Assembly (NCBI GenBank): GCA_963838495.1
Contig: CAWIRC010000003.1
Location: 24,999-88,998, forward strand
DNA length: 64,000 bases
Source of the DNA: Pirellulales bacterium
GTDB taxonomy: Bacteria > Planctomycetota > Planctomycetia > Pirellulales > Thermoguttaceae
Reading direction: 5' to 3'
How positions within the stretch are numbered: position 1 is the stretch's first letter; each line of letters opens with the position of its first letter. Under the pieces are notes generated by a model. The model ran no database searches. It was given only the letters and a program-made list of their open reading frames with translations, and was not told where the DNA came from. The position numbers and the translations under genes were made by a program. Positions 21,956-32,472 of this stretch are shown here, in pieces.

Positions 21956-22738
21956 ATGACAACATTAATTCGGGCAATTGTAGCCCTTTCGATCTTTATT
22001 ACACCGACTTTTATATACGCCCAAAAACCAAGACAAGACATTACGGGCGAATATTTGTTAAAAACCGAATGGGGAGGTGGGGATCCTTTTAACAAATTCA
22101 CGCCCGATAACCAGTCGCTAGGCTGCCATTCGGTAGCAATCGCGCAGGTACTCTATTATCACAGACTGACTCCTTACGGAATCGTCAATTATAAATGCGG
22201 CAAAGGATATAGTATCGAAGAGGACTTTTCAAAATATCATTTCAAATGGGATTCATTTGTTGAAAAGTTAAATGATTCAAAAAAGAATGAAACAAATGAT
22301 GAAACTGCGAAGTACATGTACCTCGTGGCCACGGCCATCAAAAAGGATTTCGGAACCGATCAATATATTAAATGCGAAGACCAGCACAAATCCCAGGTCG
22401 AAGAGCATTTCAATTGCATCTACGATTGCCGATTGAAAAAATTCAATACTATCTCTCTCGACGTGTTCCTCGAAAAAGACGGCTTTTACCCAGTTATCAA
22501 ACAAGAAATAGATCTTAAAAGACCGTTGGGCTTTTACTACAGCAACGAGAACGGTTCGGGGCATGCCGTCGTAATAGACGGTTACGTCGTCAAGGATGGG
22601 ATTTTCTACGCGCATGCCAATTTTGGATGGCAAGGCAAAAGCGACGGCTGGTACAATATGATCGAAGCCTTGCCAAAAGACATAAAACTTGTGGCGCTGA
22701 TAACCATCAAGCCGAAGAAGTCAGACGGAAAAATGTAA
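21956..22738 (+). CDS. C10-family (streptopain-like) cysteine peptidase, secreted
   Basis: Cys motif LGCHSVAIAQVLYYH, His motif GSGHAVVIDGY, then HANFGWQGKSDGWYNM. A signal peptide follows the ATG at 21956 (GAGGGA RBS). The gene is very AT-rich. Confidence 0.75.
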   Translation: MTTLIRAIVALSIFITPTFIYAQKPRQDITGEYLLKTEWGGGDPFNKFTPDNQSLGCHSVAIAQVLYYHRLTPYGIVNYKCGKGYSIEEDFSKYHFKWDSFVEKLNDSKKNETNDETAKYMYLVATAIKKDFGTDQYIKCEDQHKSQVEEHFNCIYDCRLKKFNTISLDVFLEKDGFYPVIKQEIDLKRPLGFYYSNENGSGHAVVIDGYVVKDGIFYAHANFGWQGKSDGWYNMIEALPKDIKLVALITIKPKKSDGKM

Positions 22739-22756
22739 AGTCTGATCTTTACTTCA

Positions 22757-22800
22757 CCCGACCTCTTCGGGTACCGACCGAAGGTTGCTCGGGAGAGGCG
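22757..22800 (+). repeat. degenerate REP element copy lacking the GGGTGAGGG tail
   Basis: cccgacctcttcgggtaccgaccgaaggttgctcgggagaggcg. Confidence 0.6.
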
Positions 22801-22824
22801 ACAATAGGGCCAAGAAACAAAAAA

Positions 22825-22931
22825 TCCGGCGACACCTACTCTCGCGCTTTTGGCACTGGCAATCGGCTCCGAAAGCTTAACTACCGTGTTCCCAGTGGGA
22901 ACGGGTGTGGCCTTTCGAAAATCGTCACCGG
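22825..22931 (-). ncRNA. orphan divergent 5S rRNA-like gene (copy B)
   Basis: Identical to the genuine 5S except for two clusters (loop C and the loop E strand). It shares a ~20-nt 5' flank with copy A only. Its start is exactly 1200 nt from the copy A start. Confidence 0.78.
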
Positions 22932-23087
22932 AAAGGAGTGCGGCGACCGGTTAGGATCGACGCACTATATTTCTAAGTGGGGAGTGGATAGTGAGTAACT
23001 ACCTACTACATACCAGCCATCAACGAAAGCGGTAAGCAGATGGTGAGTCTGTTTTAATAGTTCATGCCACTAATAGCATCTTTTCTT

Positions 23088-25097
23088 TTACTCACTTTTT
23101 TTCACCCTCTGTGAGTGCGTTAACTTGGCCATGGCCGCCATTACATGTTCTTCAGACCCTTGGTAGCCACATAATTCGAACAGCCACCACAAGTTCTCTC
23201 CGGCTAGAGTTGAATAGAATGCTGCAACCGCCTCATCTTCGATATACCCCGCTTCTTTTAGTATCAGCCAAGATTGGGCCCAGCCTCTCAAGAAACCTCG
23301 GGTAATGTCCGAGCCAAATCGCTTCGGGAGATAAGATTCGATTACAAATCGGACATTAACCCGCTCACGTTTCATCGTGTCCGGATGCTGAAGATTGTCG
23401 AAGAACTGCTGCGTATTCCATCTGCGTATAAACTGTCCCGCCCGCTCGCCATGCAGCTTATCAATTGCCAATGATCTTAGCAGATCGGAAATCGCTTCTG
23501 TGCTTTCGCCCGTCGGATGAAGCACTTGATCGCCGACCCGAAAGTGCTCCAATTGGATGCGATGTCCGATCTCATGCAGCATGCATCCTTCCCATTGCAG
23601 CGATGCCGGGTCTCGTGGGTGCCACGAAATGAAACCGTGTTGGAAAAGTTCCTGTCCTTTGTCGCTCGCCCACAATCCCGCCGGTTCGATGTAAAAATGT
23701 TTCGCCTCGGTCAAGGGCGGTTCGCGGCCGATCCAATCGGCGTAGATCGAAAAAACCTCCTCCAAACGCCGCGACAATTCAGCCGTTCGCTTTTGATGGC
23801 CCCGAGGAGAGTGGATTGTGAAATGGGTCGTGGTTACGGTGTCAAATTGGTATTGAAGCTTCGGATCATCCAAAACGCCTTCAACGACCTGAGTGTCTCC
23901 CCATGGTCCTAACGGCCATTCGACACGGAACCAAGCTCCCTGCGGCAGATCTCGATCGACTTGAAAACCAGGATTCTGATGCCGATCAAAAGTGGTCGAG
24001 TAAATCTGGGGACCGTTTTTCTCGGCGGACACGGTTATCGGAATGCTGATCTTTGAGCCCTCGGGAAAGTACCAGAAAATCCTATTGTCGTGGGCATCGA
24101 TAACTGGGTCCAAGAGAAACTGAGTCCGGCCGAGGGCGCTGCGCCCCAGAATCTGAAGCTGGGCTGACAATCTTCCTCCCGCCTTCAAACTTACAGTCTG
24201 GTTTTTTCTCAAATCGAGCCCTCGCGGGTATGACTCGTAGTGCCAAACATCGGGCTTCGGAAAATGCACCCAAAATACATAGTTTACAAACGGCACATTC
24301 AGGTATGCTTCCCCTCGTCCGCGGATCATGAAGGAAGTATGACCGAAACGGCGCTCCAGGTCTTGTTCGGGAAACCAAAGCTGCCATTCAATAGGACCTG
24401 GGCGATCGTCGGGGCCGAGACTATCGAATTCGATGTGCGACAGGCTCATTTGGCTGGCTCTACATTCCAACTTCGCTCGCGGATTAAACTTGGGTGCGAA
24501 CAAGAAATAACCTTCCTGTCTTTCGGCAGGACGTCTAACCAGGAACAATGCGATCTCCTCGGTAACATTCGAGCTTATGCGGCAAGTTCCTTTTGATGTA
24601 GCGCCAATTTCCGGCATGAGACAATTCGGCACCAACGCGGCAGGCGAGGCATAGATGGAATCCAGTTCGGCTGCAACGTTAGTCCGATTCCAAAAAGAAA
24701 CCGTCATTGACTGCGACGGAATCGGTCGCAGTTGCACGGTCGTGTCGGAATCGATATTTACAGTCTTGACTAGAAAGAGCCCTCGGCCGCTAACAGGGCT
24801 ATTGTAGATCCCGCCCCCACCAGCCACTATTATCCAACGTCCCTTGGGTATTCTCAGGCTTGCGTTGCCGCCAGCATCGCTCTTAACGAAATCATCATGC
24901 GGGTAAGCCAGCGGCCAGTCATCAGAGTAGACCTTAAGCGAACAACCTTCCACCGGTCGATTGGATTCATCCACTATTTGGATGCGGATAGCAACATGCC
25001 GAAATTCCTCAACTCCAGCCCGACTTGCCATCGGAAGTCCGAGTCCAAACCCTGCCAATACCCAAAAAACAATGCTTTTTCTGCAGTTTTTCAGCAT
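23088..25097 (-). CDS. secreted hypothetical protein with HExxH zinc-metallopeptidase motif
   Basis: Signal peptide, N-terminal carboxypeptidase-regulatory-like beta segment (IRIQIVDESNRPVEGCSLKVY), and MLHEIGHRIQLEH. Confidence 0.55.
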   Translation of the reverse strand: MLKNCRKSIVFWVLAGFGLGLPMASRAGVEEFRHVAIRIQIVDESNRPVEGCSLKVYSDDWPLAYPHDDFVKSDAGGNASLRIPKGRWIIVAGGGGIYNSPVSGRGLFLVKTVNIDSDTTVQLRPIPSQSMTVSFWNRTNVAAELDSIYASPAALVPNCLMPEIGATSKGTCRISSNVTEEIALFLVRRPAERQEGYFLFAPKFNPRAKLECRASQMSLSHIEFDSLGPDDRPGPIEWQLWFPEQDLERRFGHTSFMIRGRGEAYLNVPFVNYVFWVHFPKPDVWHYESYPRGLDLRKNQTVSLKAGGRLSAQLQILGRSALGRTQFLLDPVIDAHDNRIFWYFPEGSKISIPITVSAEKNGPQIYSTTFDRHQNPGFQVDRDLPQGAWFRVEWPLGPWGDTQVVEGVLDDPKLQYQFDTVTTTHFTIHSPRGHQKRTAELSRRLEEVFSIYADWIGREPPLTEAKHFYIEPAGLWASDKGQELFQHGFISWHPRDPASLQWEGCMLHEIGHRIQLEHFRVGDQVLHPTGESTEAISDLLRSLAIDKLHGERAGQFIRRWNTQQFFDNLQHPDTMKRERVNVRFVIESYLPKRFGSDITRGFLRGWAQSWLILKEAGYIEDEAVAAFYSTLAGENLWWLFELCGYQGSEEHVMAAMAKLTHSQRVKKSE

Positions 25098-25346
25098 TTT
25101 TTATTACCCTTGAAAAAAACGGCCTCGCATGAATTGGGCCATGCTTAATCAAGTTAATATACCCGCGATAAGTTTTTGGATTATACCGAAAACTATTCAC
25201 ACCATTATAAACGTTAATGAGGTTTTGCTGTAAAACTGTGAAAAAAGCGATAAAGGCAGAGGATGGAAGGTGGAATTAGAGCTGACTATGGATGGCAGGC
25301 AAGAATCAATGCATAATGCAATAGTTATAATGTGGAAAGGCGAAAT

Positions 25347-25374
25347 GTAAACTGTTTACCGTGAACTGATAACT
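25347..25374. repeat. heptad-periodic array (4 units)
   Basis: gtaaact gtttacc gtgaact gataact, 3' of the genuine 5S. It is related to the start of the 21519 array. Confidence 0.6.
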
Positions 25375-25395
25375 TTACGGCAAGAAATAAAAAAA

Positions 25396-25501
25396 TCCGG
25401 CGACACCTACTCTCGCGCTTTTGGCACTACCATCGGCTCCGAAAGCTTAACTACCGTGTTCGGAATGGGAACGGGTGTGGCCTTTCGAAAATCGTCACCG
25501 G
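25396..25501 (-). rRNA. rrf: 5S ribosomal RNA
   Basis: The reverse complement reads CCGGTGACG..CCCATTCCGAACACGG..GCCGATGGTAGTG..GAGAGTAGGTGTCGCCGGA, followed by T7. It lies 188 nt downstream of the 23S. Confidence 0.93.
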
Positions 25502-25545
25502 AAAGGAGCGGAGGCCCCAATCGTAAAGGGGCGGACCGCTAAAAA

Positions 25546-25621
25546 GCTGTCAGCCGTCAGCCATCAGCCGTCAGCCAAACAAGTTTTTCTGGCTGAAAGC
25601 TGAGAGCTGAATGCTGATAGC
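25546..25621. repeat. imperfect hairpin in the 23S-5S spacer built from two complementary heptad arrays
   Basis: Arm 1 is gctgtca gccgtca gccatca gccgtca gcc, the loop is aaacaagtttttct, and arm 2 is ggctgaa agctgag agctgaa tgctgat agc. Confidence 0.75.
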
Positions 25622-25671
25622 TAAAATGGCGTGGTAAGAAGTGACTTCCTAAACTTTTTTTCCAGCTCTTA

Positions 25672-25688
25672 GGAGCGTTGGATACATG
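25672..25688 (-). promoter_or_regulatory. 3' strand of the 23S rRNA processing stem
   Basis: RNA CAUGUAUCCAACGCUCC pairs with the 5' flank GGAGCGUUGGAUUCAUG (12 perfect bp, one mismatch, then 4 bp), directly flanking helix 1 (GGCCAAGC/GCUUGGCC). Confidence 0.8.
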
Positions 25689-25689
25689 C

Positions 25690-28610
<2,921 letters not shown>

Positions 28611-28611
28611 A

Positions 28612-28628
28612 CATGAATCCAACGCTCC
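28612..28628 (-). promoter_or_regulatory. 5' strand of the 23S rRNA processing stem
   Basis: See 25672-25688. Confidence 0.8.
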
Positions 28629-28634
28629 ATTTTC

Positions 28635-28661
28635 GTAGGACGACTTTCAAAGTCGTCTTAC
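28635..28661. repeat. GTAGGACGAC-type palindromic hairpin in the 23S leader
   Basis: gtaggacgactttcaaagtcgtcttac. Same family as 32370-32396 and 39742-39768. Confidence 0.8.
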
Positions 28662-28802
28662 TAGTCTGAAGCCGATTCATGGGTTCGCTATCGGAATCGT
28701 GCATTCGATTCCATGTAACGATTGCTCTTCGACCCTTGATATGAATCCACAGACTCCTATCAAAGGTCATCTAAGTGCCTCGGAACCGCTTGGGATGTAA
28801 AA

Positions 28803-28827
28803 TAGGACGATTTTAAAAATCGTCTTA
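28803..28827. repeat. GTAGGACGA-type hairpin variant in the 23S leader
   Basis: taggacgattttaaaaatcgtctta. Confidence 0.7.
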
Positions 28828-29076
28828 CAAAAGCACCCTTCGCGGATCAAAATTTAAGATGCCACTTCATTACCACAACCAAATTGTCAAAGATCGCCGA
28901 AATTATGCCTTATTTAGCCCCCGGCGAATTAACCGGAGGCTTTTTTTAAAGCCTTAATCTCGCTGTCAGATCGACAGGGGTCGCGTTCCAAGGGCTTGCC
29001 ATACACAGCCTTAAGGGAACCTGACCCCTGTTGATCTTTATAGGGTTATACCTTCGCCCAAATTGGCGAAACCTTG

Positions 29077-29105
29077 ACTCTATCAGGACCCGAAATGGGT
29101 GTCAA
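29077..29105 (-). promoter_or_regulatory. candidate sigma70-type promoter of the 23S-5S operon
   Basis: The minus strand reads TTGACA, a 17-nt spacer, then TAGAGT, preceded by the A/T-rich tract aaaaaaaacatttaaaagatttatt. It lies ~460 nt upstream of the 23S. Confidence 0.4.
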
Positions 29106-29264
29106 CGTCCAATAAATCTTTTAAATGTTTTTTTTCCCAATAAATTTCAGGGGGGAGGATATTACCTCATATCTACTATCTTTTTCTCTTTGTAATACTA
29201 TTATATCGGTCTGAAAACCGGAAACAACCCACCCCGAATTCACAGACTTTTGCCGCTATTCACT

Positions 29265-30202
29265 TCATAATGCTTTCCGCTTGCGAATCACATGCCAGGC
29301 CAATCCCAAACGCTCCAGCAACCGGATCTCCATATACGTCACGTCGATTTCCCACCAACGATGACCATGCCGGGCACTGCTGGGAAATGCATGATGGTTG
29401 TTGTGCCAGCCTTCTCCGTAAGCCAGTAGCCCTACCCACCACAGATTGCGGCTGTTGTCGTCGATCTCATAATTTTTATAGCCCCAAATATGCGAGGCGG
29501 AATTTACCAGCCACGTGACGTGCATCACCCACACCAGCGCAAGAAAACTCCCCATAACAAAAACGACATCCCGATATAAAAATTCCAACCAATCCAGCCG
29601 GCGAAAAGAAGCGCCGCTCCCAAGGCGAAGTGCCAGAGCAGATACGTCTTGTCCAGCAATCGCATAAAGCCGTCTTGCGACAAGTCTCGTCCATACAAGT
29701 GCATCATCTCTTGCCAGTCGGGATCGCGGGGGCGGGGAAAGAGCCAAAGCACGTGGCTCCACCAGGCCCCGTCGTGCGGCGAATGTGGATCGCCTTCGGC
29801 ATCGCTGTTGAGATGGTGTTTGCGATGCACGGCCACCCAGGTAATCGGCGGACCTTCGCCTGCCAATGCGCCGCAAAGGGCGATCAACCTTCGAAAGAAA
29901 CGGTACGTCTGGAAACTCCCGTGCGCCAACAGCCGGTGATAGCCCAAACAAATGCCCAGCCCGCCGGTGATCCAGGACAGCAATAAAAATATCCCCAATG
30001 CCTTCCAGGTGAAGAAAAACGGCGCAGCCAGTGCGCAAACATGCACTACGCCTATCCACAATACGGCCGGCCAATCCAATCCGTTTGCCCAGCGATGCTT
30101 ACGATCTGGCAACCAAGGATTCGGCTCCACCCTGGTTTGATTGGCAACCGGCATAACATCGGTTTGTGCCGAAGCAATTGTTGCACTAGTTAACGTTTCC
30201 AT
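29265..30202 (-). pseudogene. acyl-CoA/acyl-lipid delta-9-type fatty acid desaturase, one frameshift in this assembly (~29535-29545)
   Basis: His boxes HRLLAH and HRKHH lie in ORF 29525-30265; HNNHH and WVMHVTWLVNSASHIWGY lie in ORF 29265-30074. The junction reads ..LWGVFLR / (L)VWVMHVTW. The start is the ATG at 30202. Confidence 0.88.
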
Positions 30203-30414
30203 ATATATACTGTTCCTTTCGGCAAATATTTTTGTTATGAAGCAAGTCTGACGAGCGCATATCATCGATTAAGAATAAGCCTCTCTAAAAGTAATTCTCC
30301 TGTCCTATGCTCACAAAACGATGTATATAACGTGTACAAAAAGTAAAACTTATGTAAATATGGCGACCGCCGCCGAGAAAATCGATAGCGGCGAGAATGA
30401 TAAGTCGGCAGGTA

Positions 30415-31191
30415 CTAATTCACTGCCCGTCGGATAGATTGCACCAAGCCGGGCATCGTGTATTGCTCCGCTTCAGCGGCCGGTTCGTAACCCAGTTTGC
30501 GCAGGGTTGTCGAAGTCACCGGGCTAATGCTTGCTAGTTTGCTGTGCCGCAATTTATCGCCGAAAAGATTTACAAGCGCCCGGGCAATCGAAGAACTGGT
30601 TACTGTGATCCAATCAATGCTTCCGGCTGCAAGTTTTGTAACAATATCAGGATCGGCTTGGTCCACGTCGCTGCTTGTATAAGCGACGACCTGCTCCACG
30701 ATTGCCCCGGCCGATGTCAATTGTTCCGCCAGGATTTCCCGTCCCCGGCTGGCGCGAATCAGTAAAAACCGTTTGCCCGACGCCTGCCCGGAGAGCGATT
30801 CGGCCAGCGATTCCGCGCGGAACTCGGGCGGAATCACGTCGGCAAGCAGGCGACGCCGAAAAAGCGCGTCCGAAGTGGCCGGGCCAATCGCCGCCAGTTT
30901 CGCCCGGCGCAACTGGTCAAAATCGCCGCCAATGGCATCCAACCGCCCAAGAAAATATCGCACCCCATTGGCACTTAAAAAAACAATCCAATCAAATTCG
31001 GCCAAGCGATCTAAAGCATTATCGACCGGGCCCCAGTCCGGCGGATCGGAAATGCGAATCACCGGCTGATGCAACACCCGGGCCCCCAACTCGCCCAATT
31101 GCCTGCCGAGCGCATCGTCATCCCCGCCCGGCCGGGTTATCATCACCGTCTGGCCGGCCAGAGGTTTGGCGTCATGTTTTTCCTCGGACAT
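30415..31191 (-). CDS. hemD: uroporphyrinogen-III synthase
   Basis: HemD-like two-lobe pattern (ITRPG.., WIVFLSANGVRYF, AAIGPATS, ASISPVTS). The start at 31191 lies 7 nt after the upstream stop. Confidence 0.75.
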   Translation of the reverse strand: MSEEKHDAKPLAGQTVMITRPGGDDDALGRQLGELGARVLHQPVIRISDPPDWGPVDNALDRLAEFDWIVFLSANGVRYFLGRLDAIGGDFDQLRRAKLAAIGPATSDALFRRRLLADVIPPEFRAESLAESLSGQASGKRFLLIRASRGREILAEQLTSAGAIVEQVVAYTSSDVDQADPDIVTKLAAGSIDWITVTSSSIARALVNLFGDKLRHSKLASISPVTSTTLRKLGYEPAAEAEQYTMPGLVQSIRRAVN

Positions 31192-31198
31192 TATAATT

Positions 31199-31666
31199 TT
31201 ATTTCTTATCAGGTTTCGTCGGCGACCAGTGCGACTGGATAATTCGCCATTTTCCGTCTTTTTCAAGGGCATATACCTCGGTGCAATTCCAGCGATATTC
31301 TTTCCCCTTTTCTACGGAAATCAGGTTAAACGTAAGAACCGCCATATCTTTCACCGCCTGCACCTTGGCATTTGGCATTTCGTATTTGTCGGCATGGATT
31401 TTTCCACGGATGGACTCATATAGCTTGGTCAGATTTTCTTTTCTGTCTAGGCGTCGATCGAGTGTTGGATCAAAATAAACCACGTCCTCCGAGAACATAT
31501 CAATAAAACCAGATGGATCGCCTTTATTCCATCTTTCCAGTGCGTCCCGTTCCATTTGAATGATTTGTTTCGCCAAAGGATCGTTTTCTTGCGATAAAAT
31601 GGCTTTGCCCGCTCCCCAGGCGGCAATAGCAATGGCAAAAACAAGTAATGCAACAACGGTTCTCAT
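31199..31666 (-). CDS. DUF4440/SnoaL-like (NTF2 fold) protein with signal peptide
   Basis: MRTVVALLVFAIAIAAWGAG.. followed by the ERWNKGDPSGFIDMFSEDVVYFDP pattern. Confidence 0.6.
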   Translation of the reverse strand: MRTVVALLVFAIAIAAWGAGKAILSQENDPLAKQIIQMERDALERWNKGDPSGFIDMFSEDVVYFDPTLDRRLDRKENLTKLYESIRGKIHADKYEMPNAKVQAVKDMAVLTFNLISVEKGKEYRWNCTEVYALEKDGKWRIIQSHWSPTKPDKK

Positions 31667-31710
31667 AATGTGCTCCCTAATAGAAAGTACTCTGCGCACT
31701 TTAACGCATA

Positions 31711-31736
31711 AGCCCAGGGGTTGCAACCCGTGGGCT
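31711..31736. repeat. REP-like hairpin, GCCCACGGGTTGCAACCCGTGGGC family
   Basis: agcccaggggttgcaacccgtgggct. Confidence 0.75.
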
Positions 31737-31765
31737 TGAATTTACGATCCCCGATTCTCGATTCC

Positions 31766-32341
31766 CTAAGCAAAGCGCCGACGGACGATTTGGCGGACCT
31801 CGTTTAGCCAATCGGTGCGTTGCTCGGGCGTGCTCAAGATTATCGATTCAAAATTGCGGCGGTAAAAATCTTCTACGCCGCAGAACCCGAAGACGCAGGT
31901 CTTCCAGAGGTTTTCCAGGGGATCGCCGAATATACGCAGTTCATCTTCGCGCGGGGTGTTCGAGGTGGTGAAGACCACGGCCTTGCGGCCTTTTAGAAGC
32001 CCGTTTACGCCCTGGGCAGTGAATTCATAGGTCACGCCCTGGCGAAACACCCGGTCGAGCCAGCCTTTGAGTATCGCCGGAGGCATGGCCCACCAGTTCG
32101 GATGCACGATCACATAACCGTCGGCCGCCACGATTTCTTCGCAGTGCCGCTTAACAACCGGATCGAGTTCACCATTGGAAAGAATTTCTTCATGCGGCAA
32201 AATGGGATCGAATTTTTCCGCGTACAGATCGTGATAAATAATCGAATGGCCGGCCGCTTTGAGCTCCTCCACCGCTACGGCGGCAATGGCGTGGCAAAAA
32301 CTTCCCTGGTGCTGATGGCCGATAAGAACAAAGATTTTCAT
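31766..32341 (-). CDS. flavodoxin-like NAD(P)H-dependent (quinone) oxidoreductase
   Basis: MKIFVLIGHQHQGSFCHAIA..YHDLYAEKFDPIL..VIVHPNWWAMPPAILKGWLDRV. Confidence 0.82.
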   Translation of the reverse strand: MKIFVLIGHQHQGSFCHAIAAVAVEELKAAGHSIIYHDLYAEKFDPILPHEEILSNGELDPVVKRHCEEIVAADGYVIVHPNWWAMPPAILKGWLDRVFRQGVTYEFTAQGVNGLLKGRKAVVFTTSNTPREDELRIFGDPLENLWKTCVFGFCGVEDFYRRNFESIILSTPEQRTDWLNEVRQIVRRRFA

Positions 32342-32366
32342 GGTGGGCAGTGGATAGTGGGCAGTG
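32339..32366. repeat. heptad-periodic array (4 units) including the complement of the start codon at 32341
   Basis: catggtg ggcagtg gatagtg ggcagtg. Confidence 0.65.
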
Positions 32367-32422
32367 TTAGTAGGACGACTTTCAAAGTCGTCCTACGGTC
32401 ACCGCGAAACCGCAAGCGGTTT
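32356..32422. repeat. ~67-nt composite repeat (GTAGGACGAC hairpin plus AAACCGC..GCGGTTT hairpin), copy 1
   Basis: agtgggcagtgttagtaggacgactttcaaagtcgtcctacggtcaccgcgaaaccgcaagcggttt, about 90 percent identical by eye to 39728-39795. Confidence 0.85.
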
Positions 32423-32431
32423 CCCGAAGCT

Positions 32432-32466
32432 ATTCATCCATCATCCTTCATCTCTCATCCCTCATC
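32432..32466. repeat. heptad-periodic array (5 units), 6 nt from the glgP stop
   Basis: attcatc catcatc cttcatc tctcatc cctcatc. Confidence 0.8.
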
Positions 32467-32472
32467 GTTCCC

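Noticed and set aside
28611-29264. Expected 16S rRNA or spacer tRNAs (Ile/Ala) upstream of the 23S.
   Set aside because: No 16S-like sequence or cloverleaf with a GGTTCGAATCC-type T-arm was recognisable. The region contains only hairpin repeats and promoter-like A/T tracts.
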